Source: a virus
Strand: one strand, 5' to 3'
Virus record (IMG/VR): IMGVR_UViG_3300030390_000715
Span: 88,754-152,753 of that record
Length of the DNA stretch: 64,000 nucleotides
Both the position numbers and the translations under genes were made by a program. Positions within the stretch are counted from its first letter, which is position 1; each line of letters begins with the position of its first letter. The notes beneath the pieces were generated by a model. The model was not told the origin of the DNA. It was given only the letters and a program-made list of their open reading frames with translations, and made no database searches. Below are positions 1 to 7,997 of this stretch, one piece after another.

Positions 1-2
1 GG

Positions 3-215
3 CTAGGCAATTCTTGTGGCACAGAATCGTTGCCGCGAGTTGGAGCGAAAGGTGAGCTTGAGATAGTTACTTTAGAAGACGGCTTTGACGCTAGAGTCTG
101 TCACGTTGCTACTGAGGGCGATTACATCATTAAGGGTGTTCAAGGGGAATTTTATTCCTGCAAACCCGATATTTTTGATATGACTTATGAACTGGAATAT
201 TTGGTATCAAATTGA
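3..215 (+). CDS. Small phage protein with a GDYIIKGxxGEFYxCKPDIF motif; probably 5'-truncated by the window edge
   Basis: The frame is open from base 3, and the motif EGDYIIKGVQGEFYSCKPDIF is typical of a widespread small phage protein family. Confidence 0.6.
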   Translation, partial: LGNSCGTESLPRVGAKGELEIVTLEDGFDARVCHVATEGDYIIKGVQGEFYSCKPDIFDMTYELEYLVSN

Positions 216-234
216 CTAGGCAGGGAGAGCATGA

Positions 235-441
235 ATGAACCACAAAGAGCGTAGCTATCTAATCAAACAGGTTATTGACGCGGCAAAGTCTCATGCAAAG
301 TGTGGAAACCTACACCACAAAAAATCCCATCAGCATTTAGATGGATGGATCTGTCCGGCTGAGACCGAGCTAGAAGCGGCTATTTATAAAGTGGAACTAA
401 TGTTACAGAAGGGAGAGCATAAAAGTAATGAGCATTTATAA
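235..441 (+). CDS. Hypothetical protein
   Basis: ORF with a GGGAG RBS in a tightly packed series. Confidence 0.6.
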   Translation: MNHKERSYLIKQVIDAAKSHAKCGNLHHKKSHQHLDGWICPAETELEAAIYKVELMLQKGEHKSNEHL

Positions 442-610
442 GGTAAAACTTACATATAGGTATTTTGATGTTGTTGATTTTTATGTTTTTGATGTTGTTG
501 AGGTTGAAGCCGATAATGAGAAAGATGCGCTAAAAAAAGCGACTGAGCTTTTAGATGACGCGGATTACGAGAGTCTTGAAGATAGCAAAATACTTGAAGT
601 CAACAACTAG
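428..610 (+). CDS. Small acidic protein, DpnD/PcfM-like
   Basis: Pattern YKVKL...VEVEADNEKDALKKA; overlaps the upstream stop. Confidence 0.45.
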   Translation: MSIYKVKLTYRYFDVVDFYVFDVVEVEADNEKDALKKATELLDDADYESLEDSKILEVNN

Positions 611-619
611 GAGAAAGTC

Positions 620-841
620 ATGAGTAATACTAATACACCACAAGAATTCATGGCCGCTTACGATATAAACAATAGTGACGGGTCTGCTACCCTTAATTTA
701 ATGAAGGCAGCTTTACTTCCAAGCTGGCGCGAAACCTTTAAAAAATTAGAAGCATCTAGCCAGTTAGAAAACAAAAAACGCCGAGTCAGAGCGGCAACAA
801 CAGGAGAAAGTTATGATACTAATTCTAAGTCCGAAAGATAG
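620..841 (+). CDS. Hypothetical protein
   Basis: ATG directly follows the repeated AGGAGAAAGT leader. Confidence 0.65.
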   Translation: MSNTNTPQEFMAAYDINNSDGSATLNLMKAALLPSWRETFKKLEASSQLENKKRRVRAATTGESYDTNSKSER

Positions 842-1007
842 TCTGTCTAAGTTGACGCTAGAGAACGTCGAGTCTTTTGCTCAAGAGGGTAATACGCTTT
901 TAGTAGTGTTTGAAGACGGTCGGGCACGAAACTATCCTCTCGTACATTTGTGGTATTACCAAAGCACCACCAAGCTACTAGGAGAAAGTGGTGAAAATAA
1001 CAGATGA
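813..1007 (+). CDS. Hypothetical protein
   Basis: ATG directly follows the leader variant CAGGAGAAAGTT. Confidence 0.65.
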   Translation: MILILSPKDSLSKLTLENVESFAQEGNTLLVVFEDGRARNYPLVHLWYYQSTTKLLGESGENNR

Positions 1008-1161
1008 CGAAACTTTGCAGGAATTTATCAGCAATCATTTAGACGTACAAGATTTTGGTTTTTTAGTTATAGCCAATGATGACTCGTTAAACCATCAGGC
1101 TTTAAGCCTTATACGTAGCAAGCTAAAAGCGTTCCTTGAAGGAGAAAATGATGAAAGATAA
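991..1161 (+). CDS. Hypothetical 56-aa protein (MKITDDETLQEF...GENDER), not in the ORF track
   Basis: GTG at 991 follows CTAGGAGAAAGTG, TAA is at 1159-1161, and the ORF fills the gap between its neighbours. Confidence 0.6.
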   Translation: MKITDDETLQEFISNHLDVQDFGFLVIANDDSLNHQALSLIRSKLKAFLEGENDER

Positions 1162-1336
1162 AAAACTTATAAAAGCGGCAAAGAAGTTAGAGGATGCGGC
1201 ACAAGAGTATAGGTACTTGCATCAGAAAGGGAGTGAAAGGGACGCTCTTATCTGGATACAAAACAACACAACTGGCGAGGGTGTTTTTATAGCTGACAAT
1301 TTAAACATGGAACTTATAAAGGCAAGGTATTGTTAA
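1148..1336 (+). CDS. Hypothetical protein
   Basis: AAGGAG RBS precedes ATG at 1148/1151, within track ORF 1136..1336. Confidence 0.6.
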   Translation: MMKDKKLIKAAKKLEDAAQEYRYLHQKGSERDALIWIQNNTTGEGVFIADNLNMELIKARYC

Positions 1337-1356
1337 TCAACAACTAGGAGAAAGTG

Positions 1357-1815
1357 ATGGAAATTGATTTGATTGAACTGATTTTCTGGACGATATGCGT
1401 ATCTGTAGTGGTAATGTGTATTGTGGAAATGATTAATAGCCCTAACAACCCTAATGGGTATAAACATGATGATGCGCTACGCAAGTTATGCGGGGCTAAC
1501 GTCCGTATAAGCTATGGTTTCAGATTTGTTACTTACGAAAGTTTGTGCGGTAAAAATAGAGTCGATTTTCCACTAGATAAAGACCTATTACGCCATATGA
1601 ATAAAGACCTATTAGACTGTATGGAAACGATGCCCTGCTGTCCTTCAAAAGAATTTTCTCCACTTTATATAGAGTGGCAAGGAGAGAGATTTGTGTATGT
1701 GGGTTATTACGATGTGAATAATTTAGGTAGGGGTTCTGGAGATAAGGTAGTTGGAGAAAGGTATGGCAAACATTTTGGAGAGTATGGATATATGTCAGGA
1801 GAAAGTGATGAATAA
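1357..1815 (+). CDS. Hypothetical protein with an N-terminal hydrophobic/TM segment
   Basis: ATG follows the repeated leader; the segment LIELIFWTICVSVVVMCIV is hydrophobic. Confidence 0.6.
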   Translation: MEIDLIELIFWTICVSVVVMCIVEMINSPNNPNGYKHDDALRKLCGANVRISYGFRFVTYESLCGKNRVDFPLDKDLLRHMNKDLLDCMETMPCCPSKEFSPLYIEWQGERFVYVGYYDVNNLGRGSGDKVVGERYGKHFGEYGYMSGESDE

Positions 1816-2005
1816 GGAAAACAGCATAAAAAATGAATGGGACAGACTCAAAAAAGAACACCCCGCGATTGTATCTGACGATGAAATGCAAGAAGCGCAC
1901 GACTGCATTGAGCAACAAGCGCACGACTGCATTGAGCAACAAGTCATTGATTACTGTAACCAGACTAATGTTAGCGATGGCAGTACGGCAAGCTACTATG
2001 AATAA
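1808..2005 (+). CDS. Hypothetical protein with an AHDCIEQQ tandem duplication
   Basis: CAGGAGAAAGTG leader precedes ATG 1808; a 24-nt tandem duplication lies at 1893-1943. Confidence 0.55.
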   Translation: MNKENSIKNEWDRLKKEHPAIVSDDEMQEAHDCIEQQAHDCIEQQVIDYCNQTNVSDGSTASYYE

Positions 2006-2162
2006 ATTAATAATAGCTAAAATATTTTTGGGGTTAGCTTTAGGGCTTGTGGTAGCTGGTGTTACATTTCCTGATTTTGGGTTGGTAGAGCTTATTGTTT
2101 TTAGTGCATTTACTCTGGGGCAATTTGCTGTATACCTAAAACTGAAAAGGTGGAAACGATGA
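1998..2162 (+). CDS. Small membrane protein (two TM helices, basic C-terminus)
   Basis: MNKLIIAKIFLGLALGLVVAG...FAVYLKLKRWKR; the start overlaps the upstream stop. Confidence 0.55.
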   Translation: MNKLIIAKIFLGLALGLVVAGVTFPDFGLVELIVFSAFTLGQFAVYLKLKRWKR

Positions 2163-2207
2163 TAATGGATGATGATTTTGGCTGGCGATAACAGCAGGAG
2201 AAAAGTG

Positions 2208-2450
2208 ATGGATAAATGCAAAAAATGCCCTGATGGAGAGATGGTGCTCAAAATAGAAGATTACGAATTTCAGCATGAGGGAAAGCCGTTAGTGGTGCCG
2301 AGTCCTTACCATGAGTGTAATTCGTGTGGCTTCGACATGGTTTCTTATGAGCTATCGGTACTGAACGATGCACTAGTCCATCACGCCAAAAACAAATCGT
2401 CTAACAGAACACCATTCTCAAACTGCATTGGAGATAAAAAATGGATATAA
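2208..2450 (+). CDS. Stand-alone YgiT/MqsA-type zinc-finger protein
   Basis: CKKC-x-DGEM...YEFQHEGKPLVV...ECNSCG matches the spacing of the MqsA N-terminal Zn domain; no HTH follows. RBS leader precedes ATG 2208. Confidence 0.6.
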   Translation: MDKCKKCPDGEMVLKIEDYEFQHEGKPLVVPSPYHECNSCGFDMVSYELSVLNDALVHHAKNKSSNRTPFSNCIGDKKWI

Positions 2451-2462
2451 TAGCGAAAAATC

Positions 2463-2490
2463 TTGACATCCCTTGTGACCTTGATATACT
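2463..2490 (+). promoter_or_regulatory. Sigma70-type promoter
   Basis: TTGACA-16 nt-TATACT with an extended -10 TG. Confidence 0.65.
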
Positions 2491-2523
2491 AGAGACTGCA
2501 CCATAAAACGATCACTCACAACC

Positions 2524-2548
2524 AGCCTTCTTTCGAGAAGGCTTTTTT
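2524..2548 (+). terminator. Rho-independent terminator
   Basis: AGCCTTCT-TTCG-AGAAGGCT followed by a T run. Confidence 0.85.
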
Positions 2549-2556
2549 AATTCCAC

Positions 2557-2585
2557 TTGACAAATGGTAGAAGACCTGCTATAAT
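2557..2585 (+). promoter_or_regulatory. Consensus sigma70 promoter upstream of thyX
   Basis: TTGACA-17 nt-TATAAT with an extended -10 TG. Confidence 0.85.
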
Positions 2586-2659
2586 ACAACCTGATCGACA
2601 ATCTCGTAAATTGGTGAATTCCTAGGTGGTGCGTCGATCTTATTTTAACTTAACTGGAG

Positions 2660-3322
2660 ATGTGTGTGGTAAATTTAATTGCGCTAAGTAAACCGAGCGC
2701 GTATAGTGAATGCAGAACAGCCGAAGAATTAGTAGCGTATACTGCGCGAGTAAGTAATCCGGCTAATCAAAATAACACTGGGACAGCAAGCAAGCTCCTC
2801 TCGTATCTCATTAGAGAAAATCATTGGTCGCCTCTAGAGATGGTTCATATGACAATGGAAATTAAAACGACTAGAGATATTAGTCGCCAGATTTTACGTC
2901 ATCGATCCTTCTCGTTTCAAGAGTTTAGTCAACGATATGCGGTGAGTGAGAATATAGACGTAGTTAGAGAAACACGATTACAAGATAAATCGAATCGTCA
3001 AAACTCTATAGAGACGGATGATAAACATGTACATCATGAATGGCTTGACGCGCAGACTAAAGTTAGAACACTAGCAAAAGAGCAGTATCATAGGGCTCTT
3101 GATCTAGGTGTCGCGAAAGAGCAAGCGAGGTCATTGTTACCCGAAGGTCTTACCGAGACTACGCTATATATGTCGGGTAGTCTAAGATCGTGGGTACACT
3201 ATTGCGATCTTAGAATGTCAAACGGTACACAGAAAGAACATATGGAAATCGCTAAGTCCTGTTGGGAAATTATAGGACAGCACTTTCCTAGTGTAATTAA
3301 TTCAATTGAAGATAAGGAATAA
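2660..3322 (+). CDS. thyX: Flavin-dependent thymidylate synthase
   Basis: ThyX motif RQILRHRSFSFQEFSQRY, plus HWSPLE and TQKEH. Confidence 0.95.
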   Translation: MCVVNLIALSKPSAYSECRTAEELVAYTARVSNPANQNNTGTASKLLSYLIRENHWSPLEMVHMTMEIKTTRDISRQILRHRSFSFQEFSQRYAVSENIDVVRETRLQDKSNRQNSIETDDKHVHHEWLDAQTKVRTLAKEQYHRALDLGVAKEQARSLLPEGLTETTLYMSGSLRSWVHYCDLRMSNGTQKEHMEIAKSCWEIIGQHFPSVINSIEDKE

Positions 3323-3326
3323 AGAA

Positions 3327-3629
3327 ATGGGTATAGGAATATTGACGGGCCTAAGTAATTTAATAGGAGAAGTGGTATCGGTCGTAACAGTTTCTGGTGA
3401 GTATGTTGGCGTTTTTGAAGGTGAAGGCAAAGATGGCGAGATCGTCGTTAAAAATCCTCGAATGTTAATCGCAACTGAAGAAGGTGTAGGATTTGCGAGA
3501 GGTCTATGTATGACTGGTATGGCTGATGCGAAGATGGTACGGTTTAAAGACTATGTTTTTCTTACAGCCACTAATGATGATTTCGCAAATTCCTACAGAG
3601 AAGCGACCTCATTGATACAACGAGTGTGA
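3327..3629 (+). CDS. Conserved small phage protein, possibly Sm/LSm-like fold
   Basis: Beta-rich pattern GEVVSVVTVSGEYVG...VKNPRM; start is uncertain (track ORF begins at 3306). Confidence 0.45.
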   Translation: MGIGILTGLSNLIGEVVSVVTVSGEYVGVFEGEGKDGEIVVKNPRMLIATEEGVGFARGLCMTGMADAKMVRFKDYVFLTATNDDFANSYREATSLIQRV

Positions 3630-3772
3630 ATAGCAAAAAAGCCAAGCTCTTCCGTAAAGTAGGAAAGGTTGACAAAAGGTCTAAGAAACTGTACAATACT
3701 TTAGATCACAAAGAGCGTGAAGTTCTTGGCGAAATATATGCTATTCTAAAAACTAAACAAAAGGTGAAATAA
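3626..3772 (+). CDS. Basic 48-aa hypothetical protein (MNSKKAKLFRK...), not in the ORF track
   Basis: GTG overlaps the upstream TGA; TAA at 3770-3772 abuts the next ATG. Confidence 0.5.
   Translation: MNSKKAKLFRKVGKVDKRSKKLYNTLDHKEREVLGEIYAILKTKQKVK
3669..3697 (+). promoter_or_regulatory. Sigma70-type promoter upstream of the glycosylase-like gene
   Basis: TTGACA-17 nt-TACAAT. Confidence 0.6.
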
Positions 3773-3773
3773 G

Positions 3774-4322
3774 ATGAACGTGTTCTACTTAGATAAAGAC
3801 CCAGTAGTATGTGCTGAAATGCATAACGACAAGCACGTGGTAAAGATGCTTGTAGAATACGCGCAACTTATGTCGACGGCTCATAGAATTATTGATGGTG
3901 AACACTGGGAGGGAAGAACTACAAACGGTCGCAGAATCGCAAGGTTCTTCCACCCAGACGCCGCTATGCAACATACTCTATATAAGGCTACTCACATGAA
4001 TCATCCATCTGCGGTGTGGCTCCGAGAATCAGCACAGAATTATACGTGGTTGTACGATATGTGGACAGCATTACATCATGAGTTTGAACACAGATATGGC
4101 AAGTCTCACCTTTCATTCACTAAGCTAGAGTATTACTTGATATCCCCTCCCGAGGGTTTAACTGGTGTATCCGGCTTTACAGATCCACCTCCTGCTATGG
4201 GTCAATTCCCTGATTGTATCGTTCCGGGCGATTCAATAAAATCTTATCGCAACTACTATCAAGTAGCTAAGAAGAGTTTTGCAGTGTGGACAAAACGCGA
4301 CACACCCTATTGGTGGAAATAA
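3774..4322 (+). CDS. Pyrimidine-dimer DNA glycosylase (DenV-related) family protein
   Basis: Family pattern MNVFYLD...HNDKHVVKMLVEYAQLMSTAH...THMNHPSAVW...SYRNYY. Confidence 0.7.
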   Translation: MNVFYLDKDPVVCAEMHNDKHVVKMLVEYAQLMSTAHRIIDGEHWEGRTTNGRRIARFFHPDAAMQHTLYKATHMNHPSAVWLRESAQNYTWLYDMWTALHHEFEHRYGKSHLSFTKLEYYLISPPEGLTGVSGFTDPPPAMGQFPDCIVPGDSIKSYRNYYQVAKKSFAVWTKRDTPYWWK

Positions 4323-4489
4323 TGGCAACAAAAAATGACGTAACTGGAGATAGTATCCAGAGTAAGAAAAGCAGTAAGAACTATCGTGATAATTATGGAA
4401 ACATATGGAAGAAACCCGATGAATCGCCAGTACCACATCGCGAGGATACGGATACAGATAATGAAACATATCGAAGAGGATACGATTGA
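4322..4489 (+). CDS. Conserved small hypothetical protein (MATKNDVTGDSIQSK)
   Basis: ATG overlaps the upstream stop; the KNDxTGDxIxSK..Y..NY pattern is familiar from T4-like phages. Confidence 0.55.
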   Translation: MATKNDVTGDSIQSKKSSKNYRDNYGNIWKKPDESPVPHREDTDTDNETYRRGYD

Positions 4490-5259
4490 TGGCTAAAAAA
4501 GTGACTGCTAAAAGAGTTAAACGTGCCAAGTTTGTGCCTAAACCCAAGAAGACGTTGATACCTCAACCTAATTGGAGTAAACTTGAAAAGGCTACGACCG
4601 AAGATCAGCGTATGCAAGCTTGGTTAGATTGTGATATGTTCGTGCATTGTGAAGTGACTGATAAAGAATATCTTCACTCTATGAAGAAGTGGCTTAGAAA
4701 AGAAAGCGGTTGGGGTGTAAATGACGAGGTGCTTTTAATACCAGATACGTTCTTAGTAGCTTGCGCAAAGCATGGTTGGAAAGCGATACGTCTGGGCTAC
4801 ATGCCGGTTGCAGTTCGAACGTCTTTATATAAGATACTAATGCCGTTACTGAAAAATGCGCAGGCACTTAAAGATAAGGTCACGGGCGATCCATTGATTC
4901 ACCCCACCGTATCTGATAAAGATGAAGATCATGCGCTATATCTGCCCAAAGTGAAAGAGTGGATTGTTTCGATTAAGCAATACCTCAAAGCGAGTAAGCA
5001 TTACGAAGAATCGTCTGATGCGAAGTTAAGAATGCAATACCAAACAGCAACGACCTATCTGTATAATCTATCTGCTTATATGCGAACAGGCGTGTGGCTA
5101 GATTCGCATTACGGTGAGAAGCGAGAGTATAAGCAAGTATCTGTTTGCATAGCTCCCTCATATCGCCCAGACGGTACTATGAATAGAACGATAGGTGTCC
5201 ACTATCCTGATGTTGGGGCTGTATGGACACGAGAAATGGAGTATCCGAATGAAGCTTGA
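4486..5259 (+). CDS. Hypothetical protein
   Basis: 257-aa ORF in an operon; no recognisable motif. Confidence 0.7.
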   Translation: MMAKKVTAKRVKRAKFVPKPKKTLIPQPNWSKLEKATTEDQRMQAWLDCDMFVHCEVTDKEYLHSMKKWLRKESGWGVNDEVLLIPDTFLVACAKHGWKAIRLGYMPVAVRTSLYKILMPLLKNAQALKDKVTGDPLIHPTVSDKDEDHALYLPKVKEWIVSIKQYLKASKHYEESSDAKLRMQYQTATTYLYNLSAYMRTGVWLDSHYGEKREYKQVSVCIAPSYRPDGTMNRTIGVHYPDVGAVWTREMEYPNEA

Positions 5260-5479
5260 TGGAATGATGATGACGAAGAGTAGGTTCACTAAGATGGTCG
5301 AAGACTGGGTGCGTGAAAAGCGAATGCCCTACATGGATGCAGTCTGCGCTATATGTGAACAACACAAGATGGAGATCGAAGATGTTAAGAAGTACATATC
5401 TCCTGTTATAAAGAATAAGATAGAAGCTGAAGCAATGAGCCTAAACTATCTTCCTCGCCAAAACACTTTACCAATTTAG
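5249..5479 (+). CDS. gp33: Late transcription coactivator (T4 gp33-like)
   Basis: YMDAV...IEDVKKYISPVIKNKIEAEAMSLNYL; lies next to gp32. Confidence 0.85.
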   Translation: MKLDGMMMTKSRFTKMVEDWVREKRMPYMDAVCAICEQHKMEIEDVKKYISPVIKNKIEAEAMSLNYLPRQNTLPI

Positions 5480-5505
5480 CTATATACTAATGCGTAATAA
5501 AATGA

Positions 5506-5534
5506 TTGACTTTGGTTGATCATTATGTTACAAT
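5506..5534 (+). promoter_or_regulatory. Sigma70-type promoter for gp32
   Basis: TTGACT-17 nt-TACAAT with an extended -10 TG. Confidence 0.65.
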
Positions 5535-5585
5535 ACTCGAAGTACCATAAACTGAAATACACTGTTAATAATAGGAACAAGAAAT

Positions 5586-6494
5586 ATGTCTTTTGCAAAT
5601 TTAAAACGTAACCGCAATTCAATCGCAGACCTCGTATCTGCGGGCGCCACAAACACTGAAAAGAAAAACTATGACGATGATCGTCAATGGAAAGCGACGG
5701 TCGATAAAGCTGGTAATGGCTATGCCGTTCTCCGTTTCTTGCCTGCACCAGAAGGTAATGAGACTCCATGGGCTAGATATTGGGACCATGGCTTTAAAGG
5801 ACCTACCGGTCAATGGATGATCGAACGATCATTGACTAGTATCGGGCAACCATGTCCAATATCAGAAGCAAATAGTGCGCTCTGGAATTCGGGCAACGAA
5901 GATGATAAAGCTATCGTGCGTGATCGTAAGCGTAGGCTTCATTATGTATCGAATGTATTGGTCGTAAGTGATCCGAGCAACCCTTCTAATGAAGGTAAAG
6001 TAATGCTCTATACTTTCGGTAAGAAGATTCATGATAAGATCATGGATGTTATGCAACCTCAGTTTCAAGATGAAGCTCCACTTAACCCATATGATATGTG
6101 GGAAGGCGCAGACTTCAAATTGAAAATCAGAAATTGGGAGGGTTATCGCAACTATGATAAGTCAGAGTTCGCCAGTCAATCAGCCTTATTAGGTGGTGAT
6201 GACGAGAAGCTTGAAGCATTGTATGCCAAGACATATGATTTACATGAGTACACAGATCCTGCTAATTACAAAACTTACGCAGAATTATCTGCTCGTCTAG
6301 CTCTTGTATTGGGTCAATCTAGTCCTCAAACTCTGGCTCATTCTGCATCACTTGATGCTCAATCTCCTGCTCCTGCTCCTGCAAGCGCACCTCAACCCAG
6401 CATCCCAGCCGCTGATGCCGCAGTTCCATCATCCGCAGCCTCTGATGATGATGATACTATGGCATACTTCAGTTCTCTAGCGGCTGAAGACTAA
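5586..6494 (+). CDS. gp32: Single-stranded DNA-binding protein
   Basis: DKAGNGYAVLRFLP, WEGADFKLKIR, YRNYDKSEF and an acidic tail ending YFSSLAAED. Confidence 0.95.
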   Translation: MSFANLKRNRNSIADLVSAGATNTEKKNYDDDRQWKATVDKAGNGYAVLRFLPAPEGNETPWARYWDHGFKGPTGQWMIERSLTSIGQPCPISEANSALWNSGNEDDKAIVRDRKRRLHYVSNVLVVSDPSNPSNEGKVMLYTFGKKIHDKIMDVMQPQFQDEAPLNPYDMWEGADFKLKIRNWEGYRNYDKSEFASQSALLGGDDEKLEALYAKTYDLHEYTDPANYKTYAELSARLALVLGQSSPQTLAHSASLDAQSPAPAPASAPQPSIPAADAAVPSSAASDDDDTMAYFSSLAAED

Positions 6495-6501
6495 ACTAAT
6501 C

Positions 6502-6529
6502 GGGGTTGGCATTCGTCAACCCCTTTTTT
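6502..6529 (+). terminator. Rho-independent terminator after gp32
   Basis: GGGGTTGGC-ATTC-GTCAACCCC-TTTTTT. Confidence 0.85.
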
Positions 6530-6548
6530 AATTTGAAGGACTTATATT

Positions 6549-7253
6549 ATGGATTACTCAACAATTCTCCAACTTTATTCACCATCGATTTTAGAATATA
6601 TCTTTCTAGGAATTATATTATTAAGTTTCATTCTATATCTTTATAATCCTAAGGAACATTGGTCGATAGAGATGCAGAAGCGATTCGAATACCAGAACAT
6701 GCCCGTATTAATACCAGTCCCTATCATAACTAAAGATATGGGATTCTGGAGTGCAATGAGAACTTGGCTATTCACTCGAAGGACCTTTGAGCTAGGTGAA
6801 GATTTTAATTTTTCATTAAGAAGATATGGCACAGATTTTATTATACCAAAAGGATTTCGTACAGACTGCGCCTCTATACCTAGATTTCTTGGCGCATTCT
6901 TATCTCCGACTGGTCTTCTTTTGATTCCAGGAATCGTTCACGATTATTGCTATCGAACAGGATACTATCCACCCGCGCCGGGTAGTGAGTTTTTCTATGT
7001 AGACGCTATTTCGCGAAAGGAATCAGATATTTGGTTTCGTGAAATCGCTACTTCGGTCAACGGTTTTGTTGTATTGAACCATATCGCGTATGTAGCACTA
7101 AGACTAACCGGATGGTGGGGATGGAAAGGGAGTGCTAGTGAACAAACAAAATGGTGGCTTAAACCAGGCTTTATCTTTTGGATTCTTGCCGCAGTCGTGT
7201 TGACCCTTTACTCTTGTAACGTACCTAGGTATGATATAATATATACATATTGA
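6549..7253 (+). CDS. DUF1353-like protein with terminal TM segments
   Basis: IPKGFRTDCASIPR...VHDYCY...RKESDIWF; hydrophobic N- and C-terminal helices. Confidence 0.7.
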   Translation: MDYSTILQLYSPSILEYIFLGIILLSFILYLYNPKEHWSIEMQKRFEYQNMPVLIPVPIITKDMGFWSAMRTWLFTRRTFELGEDFNFSLRRYGTDFIIPKGFRTDCASIPRFLGAFLSPTGLLLIPGIVHDYCYRTGYYPPAPGSEFFYVDAISRKESDIWFREIATSVNGFVVLNHIAYVALRLTGWWGWKGSASEQTKWWLKPGFIFWILAAVVLTLYSCNVPRYDIIYTY

Positions 7254-7268
7254 CAGAGGATGCAATAA

Positions 7269-7700
7269 ATGTTTGAATATAGATGTAAAGTAGTGAGAGT
7301 CATTGACGGAGATACAGTGGTTGTAGATATCGACTTAGGTTTCGGTATCGAAATGAGGAATCAGACCATAAGATTGCGTGGTGTAGATACTCCGGAAGTT
7401 CGTACACGAGATGACATAGAAAAGATGTACGGTAATATAGCCAAAGACTATGTGGAACATATGCTACTTTCGCAAGAAGAAACACATGGGTATGTTGTTT
7501 TGAAATCATATTCGTTTTCAGGAAAGTACGGTAGAACGCTCGGTGATTTTATAGTAGAAGGATCTTCACTCGCTTCGATGATAATAGAAGAGCATGTTGG
7601 TGTAGAATACATCATCACGGAATCAAAAGAAGATCGAGCAAAAAAGCATGTTCTCAATAGAACCTTAATAAGTGAAGAGATGACAGAGGGCTATATTTGA
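7269..7700 (+). CDS. Thermonuclease (SNase-like) family nuclease
   Basis: VIDGDT, IRLRGVDTPE and GKYGRTLG motifs. Confidence 0.85.
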   Translation: MFEYRCKVVRVIDGDTVVVDIDLGFGIEMRNQTIRLRGVDTPEVRTRDDIEKMYGNIAKDYVEHMLLSQEETHGYVVLKSYSFSGKYGRTLGDFIVEGSSLASMIIEEHVGVEYIITESKEDRAKKHVLNRTLISEEMTEGYI

Positions 7701-7997
7701 ATGGCTAAACACATCGAAGATAAAACGCATAGCGGAAATGAACTAAGAACCATATGTGAAATGCATCGTGAGTTATACGATATAGTGTATGAGGTTGATG
7801 GCATGGAAGAAGCTTGTAGAATTCTTCAAGAAGCTTACACCGCGGCAAAGAAGATGGACGCAAAGCTTCGCCAATATGCGGGTGACTATGATAACGAATG
7901 GTGGGAGCTTGAACGTGAGATAGTCATATCAGAAAAGATACAAAACAGAACAGCCCGATCAATAGAACGGAAAGAAATAAAAAAACGAGAGATGTAA
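7701..7997 (+). CDS. Hypothetical protein
   Basis: 98-aa ORF abutting the upstream stop. Confidence 0.65.
   Translation: MAKHIEDKTHSGNELRTICEMHRELYDIVYEVDGMEEACRILQEAYTAAKKMDAKLRQYAGDYDNEWWELEREIVISEKIQNRTARSIERKEIKKREM

Larger units (their letters stand above)
600..2210 (+). repeat. Dispersed repeated leader/RBS motif (CAACAACT)AGGAGAAAGT(G/C/T)(A/G)TG before small accessory ORFs
   Basis: TCAACAACTAGGAGAAAGT is identical at 600-618 and 1337-1355. Variants occur at 795-815, 975-993, 1796-1810 and 2191-2210, each ending at a start codon. Confidence 0.8.

Noticed and set aside
1529-2251. 240-aa minus-strand ORF
   Set aside because: It lies antisense to several plus-strand genes that have clear RBS leaders, and shows no protein-like motif.
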